NCBI GenBank assembly: GCA_964452935.1
Contig: CAYVNO010000003.1
Location: forward strand, 18,163-82,162
Length of the DNA stretch: 64,000 bases
Origin: an uncultured Methanosarcinales archaeon
GTDB taxonomy: Archaea; Nanobdellota; Nanobdellia; Woesearchaeales; DSVV01
Direction of reading: 5' to 3'
Shown: piece after piece, positions 29,610-38,790 of the stretch
Layout of the letters: the number at the start of each line of letters is the position of its first letter
How positions within the stretch are numbered: the stretch's first letter is position 1
Position numbers and translations under genes: made by a program
The notes under the pieces: model-generated
The model's input: only the letters and a program-made list of their open reading frames with translations
What the model was told of the DNA's origin: nothing
Database searches by the model: none

Positions 29610-32600
29610 GCCCTAAACTCAATTACTGATGGCCCCCATAAATAAGGTATTCTCTCGACAGCTAAAGTCTCTATAATTAAATCACTTGACTCAAAGTTCA
29701 AATAAACTCTTCCATCTTGATCAAAATCAAGATAATTAAATAAATTGTATGCAGCTTCATCATATGAATCTGTCGAGTCATAAGATATGCTACTGCTTGT
29801 ATAATTGCATGTTTTGTTCCCAGTATAATTTGTCGGAATTAAAATATTTGTAGTAGAACCGTCATCAAATTCAACTTCCCAACTGCATCCAATCCCTAAC
29901 GGCAAAACAGTGCTATAAGGAAGAGAAATATTCAACAAGTTAATCAACCCAGTGTACATAAATGAATCATTTATTGAACATAAACCGGTGTTTGTTCCAT
30001 TAACACCTAAACTAATTCCTAAATCATTATTCCCTCCAACAAAAACGTCAGGATCAATATTAACAATAAACGGATCCCCTAAATCAGTATAATCAGAACC
30101 AAAACCACTAAGATTAAATATATTATTTGAATTTACCTCTACAAAGTTTGTCCAATATGATCCAGAATAAGATGTAAACTTCGACTCAATTACTCTAACC
30201 TCTTCTGGAATATCAACACTAGGACTACACGAATCAGTAAATGATCTTTCTTCAAAATAAATTGGCATCTCACCATATTCAAGAGTCGTCAAAATCCTGG
30301 AGTAATTCAATAAAATATATGAATCAGAATAAAGTGTGTTTTCACTAAAATTCCCACTAACAGTTATAACTTGTGCTTCTTGCTCGACAAACATATCAAC
30401 CATGCTCTCTGCAATATCTTGATAAATCTCTTGCAAACCACTAACATTATCACTCTGATAAAAATGACTTGAATTATCACAATCAGCAATAGACTGTAAA
30501 GTAGATGTATCTGCACTCGCACTAAACGCAACAGCATAAATACTAATATTATAATTTGTATGGGCATAACATGCAAAATCAATAGCCTCTTGTTTTGAAT
30601 TACTTGACCCACAACTACCACTCCACCCATTATTATCCATTAAACCGTCATCAGGCCCATGACATCTATTTGCTTCTCCATCACTCATAACAAGCATCGC
30701 CCTTACTCTCCCACTTGAATTTGCTTTCAATTCCAAATCAAACTTCGCACTAGTTGAATCATTATTATACAATTTAACAGCCATAACATTATCTCCTTCA
30801 ACAAGATAACTTTTGTTAACAAAAACATCTCTATTCCAATAACTAGCATTATGTACAGTTGTATCATTATCGATTAAATTTCCATTCAAATAAACCTCTG
30901 CTCTGTCGTCAGAATAAACATATAAATCCATATCAGATAACACATCTAAATCCTCAACTTCAAAATGATCTCTGAAATATAAATCTCCTACATTATTTCT
31001 TACAGAAAACAAAATATTATCAAAATAAAAATATCCATACTCCCAATACCAACTTCTATCCAACTTTCCACCAAAATCTAAATAATAATAACCTGGTCCT
31101 TCAATCCATTCTGAAACATCCTGTGAAAAACTATCACTAAAATCATTGTCAGGATTATTTTCTGTATCAATCTCAAAAGTACCATCACTATGTGAATGCC
31201 CACTATCAAGAGTTGAACCTAGATAATGTGTTCCTGAAGTAGGACTTGTCCACCTTCCTTTAATCCAAACCTGATCAGAACTCTCAAAATAAGGATTTCT
31301 TCCATCCCATTCATAATCAAATGAAACTAACGCAACAGCTCCACTACTGATTAAGTCATAAGCCTCTTGAGTGATATTAATTTGTATACCATAAGCAGCA
31401 GAAGTATCATAATAATGAGTACTATATTGCCTCAATCTTCCTGAAACAACACCATCATTCTGTCCATTAGAATAATCATAAATCCCTGTATCCCAATCCC
31501 ATCCGTCGTCCGTATATGCATCTAATGATCCTATAAATGTATTTACACTAGAATTAATTCCTGACGTAAAATCAACTTCTGGAGTTGAACTATCTGCAGC
31601 CATGTCCCATAAATTTAGATAAGTGTTTGTTGTATTAACTTCAGTATCAACACCAGTACCAAAACCTAACACAACACTACCTGCACTCCAATTACTGTCA
31701 TCAAACCCACTCTCTGTCCAATTACTTGGTGGAGAAACATATTGATAATCTGAATTATAAAGCCATGTATCATTTTGTAACTCTACTTGAATTTCTGATA
31801 ATAATAACTGTGTTGCAGAGTAAATTCCACATGAAATACATGTTGCTCCAGTTGCAGAATATCCTTCAATATCATCTTCTAACGCTTCAATATCTGTAGT
31901 TAAAGAAGTATTCTCGTTAGCATAATATGCATAACTTACTAAACCAACCCTATTTCCTGTAACATTTTCAAGAACATTCCTAACAAAATCTTTAGCAACA
32001 CATTTAGCAACACTCATTCTGCTTGTACTATCTTCTTCCAAATCAGCATCATCACAATCTCTTGTATAACCATAATTATTATTATCCATTCTCCACGCCA
32101 TACTTCCACTCTCATCAGTTATAAGTACAGCATCTCCTCTACCTTCTCCTCCAGCAACAACCTGTTGAAATGAAAGATTTTCAAACCCAAGTCTCAAAGG
32201 AAGTGTGCTACCATTTATACTATTATAATCCAAAATTGAAGAAAGATTAGAATTATTTATTGTCGTAGTTACAACACCGCTAGTCCCTCTATCCTCATAA
32301 ACAGTTGTATTCCCTATATTCAAAAAAAGAACATTAGATGTATTACTATTATTAATCTCATAATGTAAATATATTTCCATATTATTTAACTCACCAGGAA
32401 CATACATCGAAGAATACAAGTTAATAATTCCTATAATCCCTGGAAAATAATAATTATGCGAATTAAAATCTCTTGAATATAATTCACTCGTACTATATTC
32501 AATTTTAATAAATCCTCCTCCGATATATGACTCATTTAGTGAACCCTCAAAGTCAACTGTAAAATAATTATCTGTATCAGAAATCAGCGACTCATTACAA

Positions 32601-33334
32601 CTCATTAAATCAAATCTCTCGGCAACAATTGCAGACTCATTAGATGTATTAACATCAATATTCATACAAAAATCTCCGTTAATATAAAAATCAAAATCAG
32701 CTCCAGAATCAATCTCAATCTCTAACTCTTCTATTCCAGTAAATGTAGGCAAATCAATAAATTTTGTAATATTTCCTTCCCCTTCAAAACCACCAAAATA
32801 AATATATTCCACTCTAGATTGTTCGTCCATCTCTGCTAAATAAATTCTAGAACTTGTTCCCCTTATCGGTCTTGCAAGAGCTATCCCACTAATTAAAGAT
32901 TTAGAACTTACTAACTCTTTTGCTTCATCTGAATCAGTTGTATTAAACGAATATATCTCAGACTCTTCAGCAAACATTCTCAAACCCATATTTCTTGGAA
33001 GTATCCCTTCTGTAACATTACTTGCAATTGCTAACGCCATCTCAGTATTATTCTCCGCCCACAAATAACCAATCTGTTCAATAACAGAAATGTTTAATTC
33101 AGTAATTACTCCTTCATTAATTAATTCAATAACATAAGGATTTTTACACTCCCCTATTTTTGTATTTGCAAAATAATTAGTAATGTCTTCTGAGATATAA
33201 GAGACTTGTTTATTGGGTTGTGTTTCAATATAAGTAATCTTTGAGATGATTATTATCCCCATAATTAAAAGTGTAAGACCTAAAATAGCATCAATCGTAA
33301 AAATAAACCCTTTCCTTGATTTATTCATTCCCAT
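29600..33334 (-). CDS. Giant pilin-like surface protein with split von Willebrand A domain (candidate tip adhesin)
   Basis: The N-terminus SRKGFIFTIDAILGLTLLIMGIII is class-III-signal-like. It has the vWA MIDAS motif DAVLITDESGSM and a distal LVMSDGEAN...IYAVAFS, separated by about 365 residues. There are very many N-x-S/T sequons. Confidence 0.75.
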   Translation of the reverse strand: MGMNKSRKGFIFTIDAILGLTLLIMGIIIISKITYIETQPNKQVSYISEDITNYFANTKIGECKNPYVIELINEGVITELNISVIEQIGYLWAENNTEMALAIASNVTEGILPRNMGLRMFAEESEIYSFNTTDSDEAKELVSSKSLISGIALARPIRGTSSRIYLAEMDEQSRVEYIYFGGFEGEGNITKFIDLPTFTGIEELEIEIDSGADFDFYINGDFCMNIDVNTSNESAIVAERFDLMSCNESLISDTDNYFTVDFEGSLNESYIGGGFIKIEYSTSELYSRDFNSHNYYFPGIIGIINLYSSMYVPGELNNMEIYLHYEINNSNTSNVLFLNIGNTTVYEDRGTSGVVTTTINNSNLSSILDYNSINGSTLPLRLGFENLSFQQVVAGGEGRGDAVLITDESGSMAWRMDNNNYGYTRDCDDADLEEDSTSRMSVAKCVAKDFVRNVLENVTGNRVGLVSYAYYANENTSLTTDIEALEDDIEGYSATGATCISCGIYSATQLLLSEIQVELQNDTWLYNSDYQYVSPPSNWTESGFDDSNWSAGSVVLGFGTGVDTEVNTTNTYLNLWDMAADSSTPEVDFTSGINSSVNTFIGSLDAYTDDGWDWDTGIYDYSNGQNDGVVSGRLRQYSTHYYDTSAAYGIQINITQEAYDLISSGAVALVSFDYEWDGRNPYFESSDQVWIKGRWTSPTSGTHYLGSTLDSGHSHSDGTFEIDTENNPDNDFSDSFSQDVSEWIEGPGYYYLDFGGKLDRSWYWEYGYFYFDNILFSVRNNVGDLYFRDHFEVEDLDVLSDMDLYVYSDDRAEVYLNGNLIDNDTTVHNASYWNRDVFVNKSYLVEGDNVMAVKLYNNDSTSAKFDLELKANSSGRVRAMLVMSDGEANRCHGPDDGLMDNNGWSGSCGSSNSKQEAIDFACYAHTNYNISIYAVAFSASADTSTLQSIADCDNSSHFYQSDNVSGLQEIYQDIAESMVDMFVEQEAQVITVSGNFSENTLYSDSYILLNYSRILTTLEYGEMPIYFEERSFTDSCSPSVDIPEEVRVIESKFTSYSGSYWTNFVEVNSNNIFNLSGFGSDYTDLGDPFIVNIDPDVFVGGNNDLGISLGVNGTNTGLCSINDSFMYTGLINLLNISLPYSTVLPLGIGCSWEVEFDDGSTTNILIPTNYTGNKTCNYTSSSISYDSTDSYDEAAYNLFNYLDFDQDGRVYLNFESSDLIIETLAVERIPYLWGPSVIEFRAWQ

Positions 33335-34482
33335 GCATAAACCACCATTGAAATTGGTTCTCCCTTATAATTTACTAATCTTATCATTTTAACAACATTG
33401 TCTCTCTGAACATTTTCCATTGAAATATTTCCTCCGAAATGATTTATCTGCACAAATCTTTCTGAAGCATCATACAGAATATATTGAAAGTCTGTTTCTC
33501 CTCCATTATTAAACTCTGTCTGAAAATTACAAAAATAATAAACAGTACCGTTTCCATACTCCCAGCTAGCAATTGCTGTCTCTCCAGAATTATCATACTC
33601 AGCAAGTATCTGGAAATTACTAGCATTAGGATCTCCAACATAAGAACTATCGACAGCATAACCGTCAGAACAATTCATTGTATCCCCTATCTCAAGATCA
33701 AGATACTGGTCTAACGCAGTAACAGTAACTCCTCCAGTTCCAGAAGACTCTTGACTATGACGAACTCCAAACAAATTAGTTCCACTCTGGAACATCTTAT
33801 CTGAGATAAAAACATTTCCTCCTCCATAAACATAATCTTCAACCTGTTCTTGTTGGTCTGGGGAACCATCAGTTAATTCTGGAGATTCCATTATAATAAA
33901 ATCATAATCACTGATTGTATTAAGATTAGTAACAACAGATGTATTAAATTCGTCAACATTAATGTTAAAGTTGTTATTATCATAATGATTAAATAAGTAA
34001 TTCTGTTTTGTATCTCTATAATAATAAGCTAAATTAAGATCACTGGCATTAGACTCATAATTAACATCACTCTCTCCAATGTAGTAAGTTCCATTAATGT
34101 TTCTCAAATTTCCATTTGTATCAACAAAAAACACAACAAACTCAGATCTAATCCCAAGTAAATTCTTTGCAGAGTCATAATCAGCATTAGCAAAATTCTT
34201 AAATCTACCAACTAACGTCTCATTCAAATAAGAACCATTGCTAACAACCCCTATCTTAATAACATCAACAGCAGTCCAGTTATAGGGAAGACCAGGGGTC
34301 ATTAAAGATTCAACAATAAACTGCGAATCAAGGTAAATGTCATCCATAGCATTTAACTCTTGGTTATTGACATTAGGGAGATAAATAAAATAAATCACTA
34401 TCATAATTGAAAATACAATTACTGCAACAACAAAATCCATATACCATGCCTGCCCTATTTTTCCCTTAATCATATTCATCAC
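33325..34482 (-). CDS. Pilin-like protein (class III signal-like N-terminus), 385 aa
   Basis: Starts IKGKIGQAWYMDFVVAVIVFSIMIVIYF. Operon context supports the call. Confidence 0.55.
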   Translation of the reverse strand: MMNMIKGKIGQAWYMDFVVAVIVFSIMIVIYFIYLPNVNNQELNAMDDIYLDSQFIVESLMTPGLPYNWTAVDVIKIGVVSNGSYLNETLVGRFKNFANADYDSAKNLLGIRSEFVVFFVDTNGNLRNINGTYYIGESDVNYESNASDLNLAYYYRDTKQNYLFNHYDNNNFNINVDEFNTSVVTNLNTISDYDFIIMESPELTDGSPDQQEQVEDYVYGGGNVFISDKMFQSGTNLFGVRHSQESSGTGGVTVTALDQYLDLEIGDTMNCSDGYAVDSSYVGDPNASNFQILAEYDNSGETAIASWEYGNGTVYYFCNFQTEFNNGGETDFQYILYDASERFVQINHFGGNISMENVQRDNVVKMIRLVNYKGEPISMVVYAWE

Positions 34483-34490
34483 TAAAATTT

Positions 34491-34883
34491 TTATGTATTC
34501 AAATAGATAGTTCCATTAATCTTTCTAACAATATTATCCCCTTTTTGTACATTCCCGACAATGTAAGGGATGTGAAATACCTCTTCATAATCTTCCCCAC
34601 TAACAACTAGTTTATTACTAGCTAAAATAGTGATGGTATATGTTATCATATCTGACTGTTCAGGGATGTTAAATGTCCTAATGTATCCATCATGAACTCC
34701 TGCAGCTAACACTAACTCTCCTTGAACAAAAAACCCCACGTCATCCATTGCCTCTTTTCTTTTCTCTCTAACTCCGTCTCTTAAATCACTAGCAATAAAA
34801 CTAAGTAAAATTACAGCAATTATGAATATAACACCAATGAACATAAAAAATTCTGGCGTAACTTGGCCTTTTTTCATCCCCAC
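34491..34883 (-). CDS. Small pilin-like protein (class III signal peptide)
   Basis: Starts MGMKKGQVTPEFFMFIGVIFIIAVILLSF. Confidence 0.6.
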   Translation of the reverse strand: MGMKKGQVTPEFFMFIGVIFIIAVILLSFIASDLRDGVREKRKEAMDDVGFFVQGELVLAAGVHDGYIRTFNIPEQSDMITYTITILASNKLVVSGEDYEEVFHIPYIVGNVQKGDNIVRKINGTIYLNT

Positions 34884-34910
34884 CCTCCTTTTAAAACTAA
34901 TTTAATAAAC

Positions 34911-35327
34911 TCAGTTATAGACTAACACATCATTCTCTCTAGCTTCAATATTTATGAACTGAAAACCAGCATTCGTTGTCAAATTTTCAGTAATATTAAC
35001 CAAACAAACATTTGGGATCTCTGTTACACTATCTCCTGCCATTACATCAAAAATGAGTGTATTATTAATAAAATAAATATCTTCCACATATTTAGGCATA
35101 TAAACTTTCAATCTTGTTTTAGACGGCTCACCCAAATAAAAAACAGATTCAGCAGAATCACAAATCTTTCTCAAAATAATCTGAGCCTGATTACTATTTA
35201 CTTTTATATCTAAATCACTTTTCTCATTAGCATAAATAAGCAATAAAGGAATAAGCAATAATACAGAGAAACCTATTATAACCATATACTCTAAACTAGC
35301 TTGACACCTCTTTTTCCTTACTACCAT
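34911..35327 (-). CDS. Small pilin-like protein (class III signal peptide)
   Basis: Starts MVVRKKRCQASLEYMVIIGFSVLLLIPLLLIY. It is the first gene of the block. Confidence 0.6.
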   Translation of the reverse strand: MVVRKKRCQASLEYMVIIGFSVLLLIPLLLIYANEKSDLDIKVNSNQAQIILRKICDSAESVFYLGEPSKTRLKVYMPKYVEDIYFINNTLIFDVMAGDSVTEIPNVCLVNITENLTTNAGFQFINIEARENDVLVYN

Positions 35328-35492
35328 TCTATTTATAAAGTTATGAGTGCGTTTATATATAAATTTATTGATAAATTATGTTTATTCTTCAAATAACTTT
35401 TTTTCACTCTAGAGGAAACGCATTTTAAATCTTGTGATCAGTTTAGCCTGATAGCACAAAATATAAATATTAATAACTTATTCAAAATTGAA

Positions 35493-36506
35493 ATGAAAAA
35501 AAGAATATTGTTTCCAAAGAATAAACAAAAACAATTTTTAGAAAACACAGTATCCAATCTGGATATAACTTGGCAGGATTTAGCAAAAAAAATGGATGTG
35601 AACATAAACACATTCTCTAAAACATATAGATTTGAAAAATCCAGAATACCTGAAAAGATATTTCTAAAATTATGCAGCCTACTCAACGCAGATAGCAAAG
35701 AAATTTTAAAATTATACAATGGGAAGATCACAAATGATGGAAACATTAGGATCAGAAAAGTGTTGGGTGAAACAAGAACAAAAATAAATAATATCAAGAT
35801 AACATTCAGGAATTGTGATGACTCATTAGAAATAAGAAATATAAAATATTCAAATGCTGACAGAGAAAAGAACCTACTTCTTCCTAATAAATTAACTGTT
35901 GAATTAGCAGAGGAGATAGGGATGCATATTGGTGACGGTTACTTGTCCGGGAAGAAGAATGATTACAGATTAAAAGGCAATAAACATGATGAAAAAGAAT
36001 ATTACAACACCCATGTAAGAAATTTATACAAAAAATTATTCAATCTAAACATAAAAATAAAAGAGTATGATTCAACATATGGTTTTGAGGTTTATTCAAA
36101 GGCACTACATGAATTCAAATCAAATGTACTGAAATTGCCAAAGGGAAGAAAATCAGACATAAGGATACCTGAGAAAATTAAAATAAATAATTCTAAAATA
36201 TTGGCTTCTTTTTTGAGAGGATTATTCGATACCGATGGTAATATTTACTTCCAGTCTAGGTATGGTTATAGACATTATTATCCTAGGATATCCGTAGCTC
36301 AAAAATCAGAAAAACTTATAAAAGAAGTGGCATTAATACTCAAAATGTTAGGTTTCAGGCCATCAATATATGTTGGCAAGGAAGCTACGAGCGTTAGCCT
36401 ACATGGATACAATTCCTTGAAACACTTCATGGATATCGTTGGATTCAATAACCCAAAACACTTGAAAAAAGTGAGGAAATGGGAGGAAATGTATCCCAAA
36501 ATTTAA
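35493..36506 (+). CDS. Free-standing double-motif LAGLIDADG-family protein with N-terminal HTH-like region
   Basis: Two LAGLIDADG-type motifs: LAEEIGMHIGDGYLSG and LASFLRGLFDTDGNIYF. It is not inside an intron or intein. Its stop lies 1 nt before the tRNA gene. Confidence 0.7.
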   Translation: MKKRILFPKNKQKQFLENTVSNLDITWQDLAKKMDVNINTFSKTYRFEKSRIPEKIFLKLCSLLNADSKEILKLYNGKITNDGNIRIRKVLGETRTKINNIKITFRNCDDSLEIRNIKYSNADREKNLLLPNKLTVELAEEIGMHIGDGYLSGKKNDYRLKGNKHDEKEYYNTHVRNLYKKLFNLNIKIKEYDSTYGFEVYSKALHEFKSNVLKLPKGRKSDIRIPEKIKINNSKILASFLRGLFDTDGNIYFQSRYGYRHYYPRISVAQKSEKLIKEVALILKMLGFRPSIYVGKEATSVSLHGYNSLKHFMDIVGFNNPKHLKKVRKWEEMYPKI

Positions 36507-36507
36507 T

Positions 36508-36644
36508 GGTGGTAGTGGTGTAGTCTGGCAGCACATAGGACACGTTTTTAACGCCTGAATGTGGATCGCCAGAGCAGATATCCTATAGCTCGGGAGACCA
36601 TTAACATGAGTTGTGGTCCGAGAATTCAAATCCCGACTACCACC
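36508..36644 (+). tRNA. Intron-containing tRNA (about 137 nt); identity unresolved, tRNA-His(GUG) is a candidate
   Basis: Acceptor GTGGTAG/CTACCAC, with an extra G-1 opposite discriminator C. D-arm GTGT-AGTCTGGCA-GCAC. Anticodon stem TAGGA/TCCTA encloses 40 nt. T-stem TCGGG/CCCGA with T-loop TTCAAAT, preceded by a 30-nt insert. A T-run follows. Confidence 0.7.
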
Positions 36645-36660
36645 CTCTTTTTTCAAAAAA

Positions 36661-37419
36661 ATGTACATTGACCTACACGCACACCTGGACTACGAAGGAA
36701 TTATAGAAAGAATCGATGAAGTAATTAAAAACGCAGAAAAAGCTAACCTGAAAATAATTCTAGCAAACGGCACTCATCCTGAGGCAAATAGGAAAGTTCT
36801 CGAACTAGCAAAAAAATACAAAATAGTAAAAGCAGCTCTAGGCTCATACCCAACATTTGCTCTAGAAAACGAAACAGGCAACAAGTACAGATATAATCTA
36901 GACAAAGAGTTAGAATTCATAAAAAAGAGTAAAGACAAGATTTTTGCATTAGGTGAAATCGGCTTAGATTACAAAATGACTGAAGACAGAAAACACCAAC
37001 AAGCCAATTTCAAAAAAATAATTGAGTTATCAAAGAAAATAAAAAAACCAATGATCATTCACTCAAGAAAAGCAGAGCTAGATGTTTTAGACATGTTAGA
37101 AAACACAAAAGCAAAGTTTGTTTTGCATTGTTTTTCAGGAAGAAAACATTTAGTACAAAGAGCTATTGATAACGGCTATTCGTTTTCAATCCCAACAAAT
37201 GTTGTAAATTTAATACAATTCCAAGTTCTGATTGAAAAAACACCATTATCTCAACTATTCTGCGAAACAGATGCCCCTTTCCTATCTCCATTCAAAGACA
37301 AAAGAAATGAACCAGCATTTGTTGTTGAATCTTATAAAAAAGTAGCAGAAATCAAGAAAATGGATATAGAAGAAGTTTCTAGAGTAATATATAACAACTG
37401 GCAAAGAATGTTTGAGTGA
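36661..37419 (+). CDS. tatD: TatD-family metal-dependent hydrolase/DNase
   Basis: Has MYIDLHAHLD, EIGLDY, IIHSR, HCFSG and ETDAPFL motifs. The start was moved to ATG 36661 because the track ORF start overlaps the tRNA. Confidence 0.85.
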   Translation: MYIDLHAHLDYEGIIERIDEVIKNAEKANLKIILANGTHPEANRKVLELAKKYKIVKAALGSYPTFALENETGNKYRYNLDKELEFIKKSKDKIFALGEIGLDYKMTEDRKHQQANFKKIIELSKKIKKPMIIHSRKAELDVLDMLENTKAKFVLHCFSGRKHLVQRAIDNGYSFSIPTNVVNLIQFQVLIEKTPLSQLFCETDAPFLSPFKDKRNEPAFVVESYKKVAEIKKMDIEEVSRVIYNNWQRMFE

Positions 37420-37884
37420 TTATTTTTCTCTATACTCAACAGGTAACTCACTAACAGGACATGCTTCTCTAACCAAAGAATAATCTTCTTTAGGAATCCC
37501 ATCACAACCAATTCTCAAATGCTTAATCCTTCCAGAATGTCCTCTTTCCTTACTTTGCCAAGATGCAGGATTTAATTGATCAAAAGAAACTCTTTCTCCG
37601 TCATTCAACTCAATCTCTCCACTAACTAAATAACCAATAATTTCAGCATAACTTACCGTACTCATATCTTCCTTTCTTTGCCCTCTTTGATGGTAAACAT
37701 AAACAACATCTTTATCACCAACAGGAAAAATATAAACATCATTACTAGGAAAAGGGGTTCCACCACAAGTACCATGAATCTGTTGCCCACTAAATTCATA
37801 AGGATTATCTGCAACTATGTGAGTACCTTCACTAATCTCTAACTCATGAACTTTAATTATTCGTTCTATTCCATTAGCTACCAT
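37420..37884 (-). CDS. Hypothetical protein
   Basis: 154-aa ORF with no recognisable motifs. Its stop abuts the tatD stop. Confidence 0.45.
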   Translation of the reverse strand: MVANGIERIIKVHELEISEGTHIVADNPYEFSGQQIHGTCGGTPFPSNDVYIFPVGDKDVVYVYHQRGQRKEDMSTVSYAEIIGYLVSGEIELNDGERVSFDQLNPASWQSKERGHSGRIKHLRIGCDGIPKEDYSLVREACPVSELPVEYREK

Positions 37885-37978
37885 ATATCAAAGGTTTGTA
37901 TTACCATATATAAATTTAACTTCAATCCCACCTAAAACCATCAAAAACTATTTATAAAGGCTATACATACTATATTCT

Positions 37979-38704
37979 ATGGCAGAAGAATCATTTGTAA
38001 TGGTATCTCTGAAAGATGAGAAATCTAAAAAACTAGCCGAAGTAATTAGCAACAAAACAAGCAGAAAAATCCTAGATGCCTTATCAAAAAAGGAATACTC
38101 AGAATCAGAGCTAGCAAAAGAATTAGGCATAGCAATCTCAACAATACATTACAACCTAAAACACCTTATGAAAGCAAAACTTGTAACAGTGGATGAATTT
38201 CATTACAGCGAAAAAGGTAAAGAAGTGAATCATTACAAACTAGCTAACAAATATGTTATAATCACTCCATCAGAAACTCCACCCTCATTTATGGAAAATC
38301 TAAAGAAAATTATCCCAGTAACAATTGTTGTAGCAGCAGGAGCAGTCTTACTCAAGGCTTTTAATTTCCTAAACTTTGGATCAACAAAAATGTTATCAGC
38401 TCCAATCGAATCAAAAGCAGCTCCACTAACAGAAAGAGTGGCAACTGCAGGAGCACTAGAAGATGCTGATGTAATGGTCGCAGAAGCAGCCATGGATGAA
38501 GGTGCAGTAATGGCAGCAGATGCAGCACCAGAACTAGCAGAAGAAGTAACCAACGAAGTAATTCAAGAAACAGCACAAGCAATTCCAGAACCAATTACAC
38601 AATCAGAACCAAACTTGATTCTTTGGTTCATAATCGGAGCAGTATTCACATTAATAGTTTACACAATAATTGAATTCATAATGCACAAATGGAGAAGAAA
38701 ATAG
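37979..38704 (+). CDS. ArsR-type winged-helix protein with Ala/Glu-rich linker and two TM segments
   Basis: Has N-terminal ISNKTSRKILDALSKKEYSESELAKELGIAISTIHYNLKHL, followed by hydrophobic IIPVTIVVAAGAVLL and ILWFIIGAVFTLIVYTII. Confidence 0.65.
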   Translation: MAEESFVMVSLKDEKSKKLAEVISNKTSRKILDALSKKEYSESELAKELGIAISTIHYNLKHLMKAKLVTVDEFHYSEKGKEVNHYKLANKYVIITPSETPPSFMENLKKIIPVTIVVAAGAVLLKAFNFLNFGSTKMLSAPIESKAAPLTERVATAGALEDADVMVAEAAMDEGAVMAADAAPELAEEVTNEVIQETAQAIPEPITQSEPNLILWFIIGAVFTLIVYTIIEFIMHKWRRK

Positions 38705-38790
38705 CCATTACAACACATTTCTAATATTGGAAACGCCCATTACAACTCAAAATAACAACCTATTTAAAGAACTAGTGCCTAATTTCAACA

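Noticed and set aside
30364-30630. Nested same-strand ORF 30364-30630 within the giant vWA gene
   Set aside because: It is an alternative frame of a well-supported long ORF, with a low-complexity translation.
35438-35797. ORF 35438-35797 (-)
   Set aside because: It is antisense to the LAGLIDADG gene start and its promoter region. The low-complexity Phe/Ile/Leu-rich translation is typical of the antisense frame of AT-rich DNA.
38233-38594. ORFs 38233-38553 and 38361-38594 (-)
   Set aside because: They are antisense to the Ala/Glu-rich linker of the ArsR-type membrane protein. The repetitive Ala/Ser or Leu translations are a compositional artefact.
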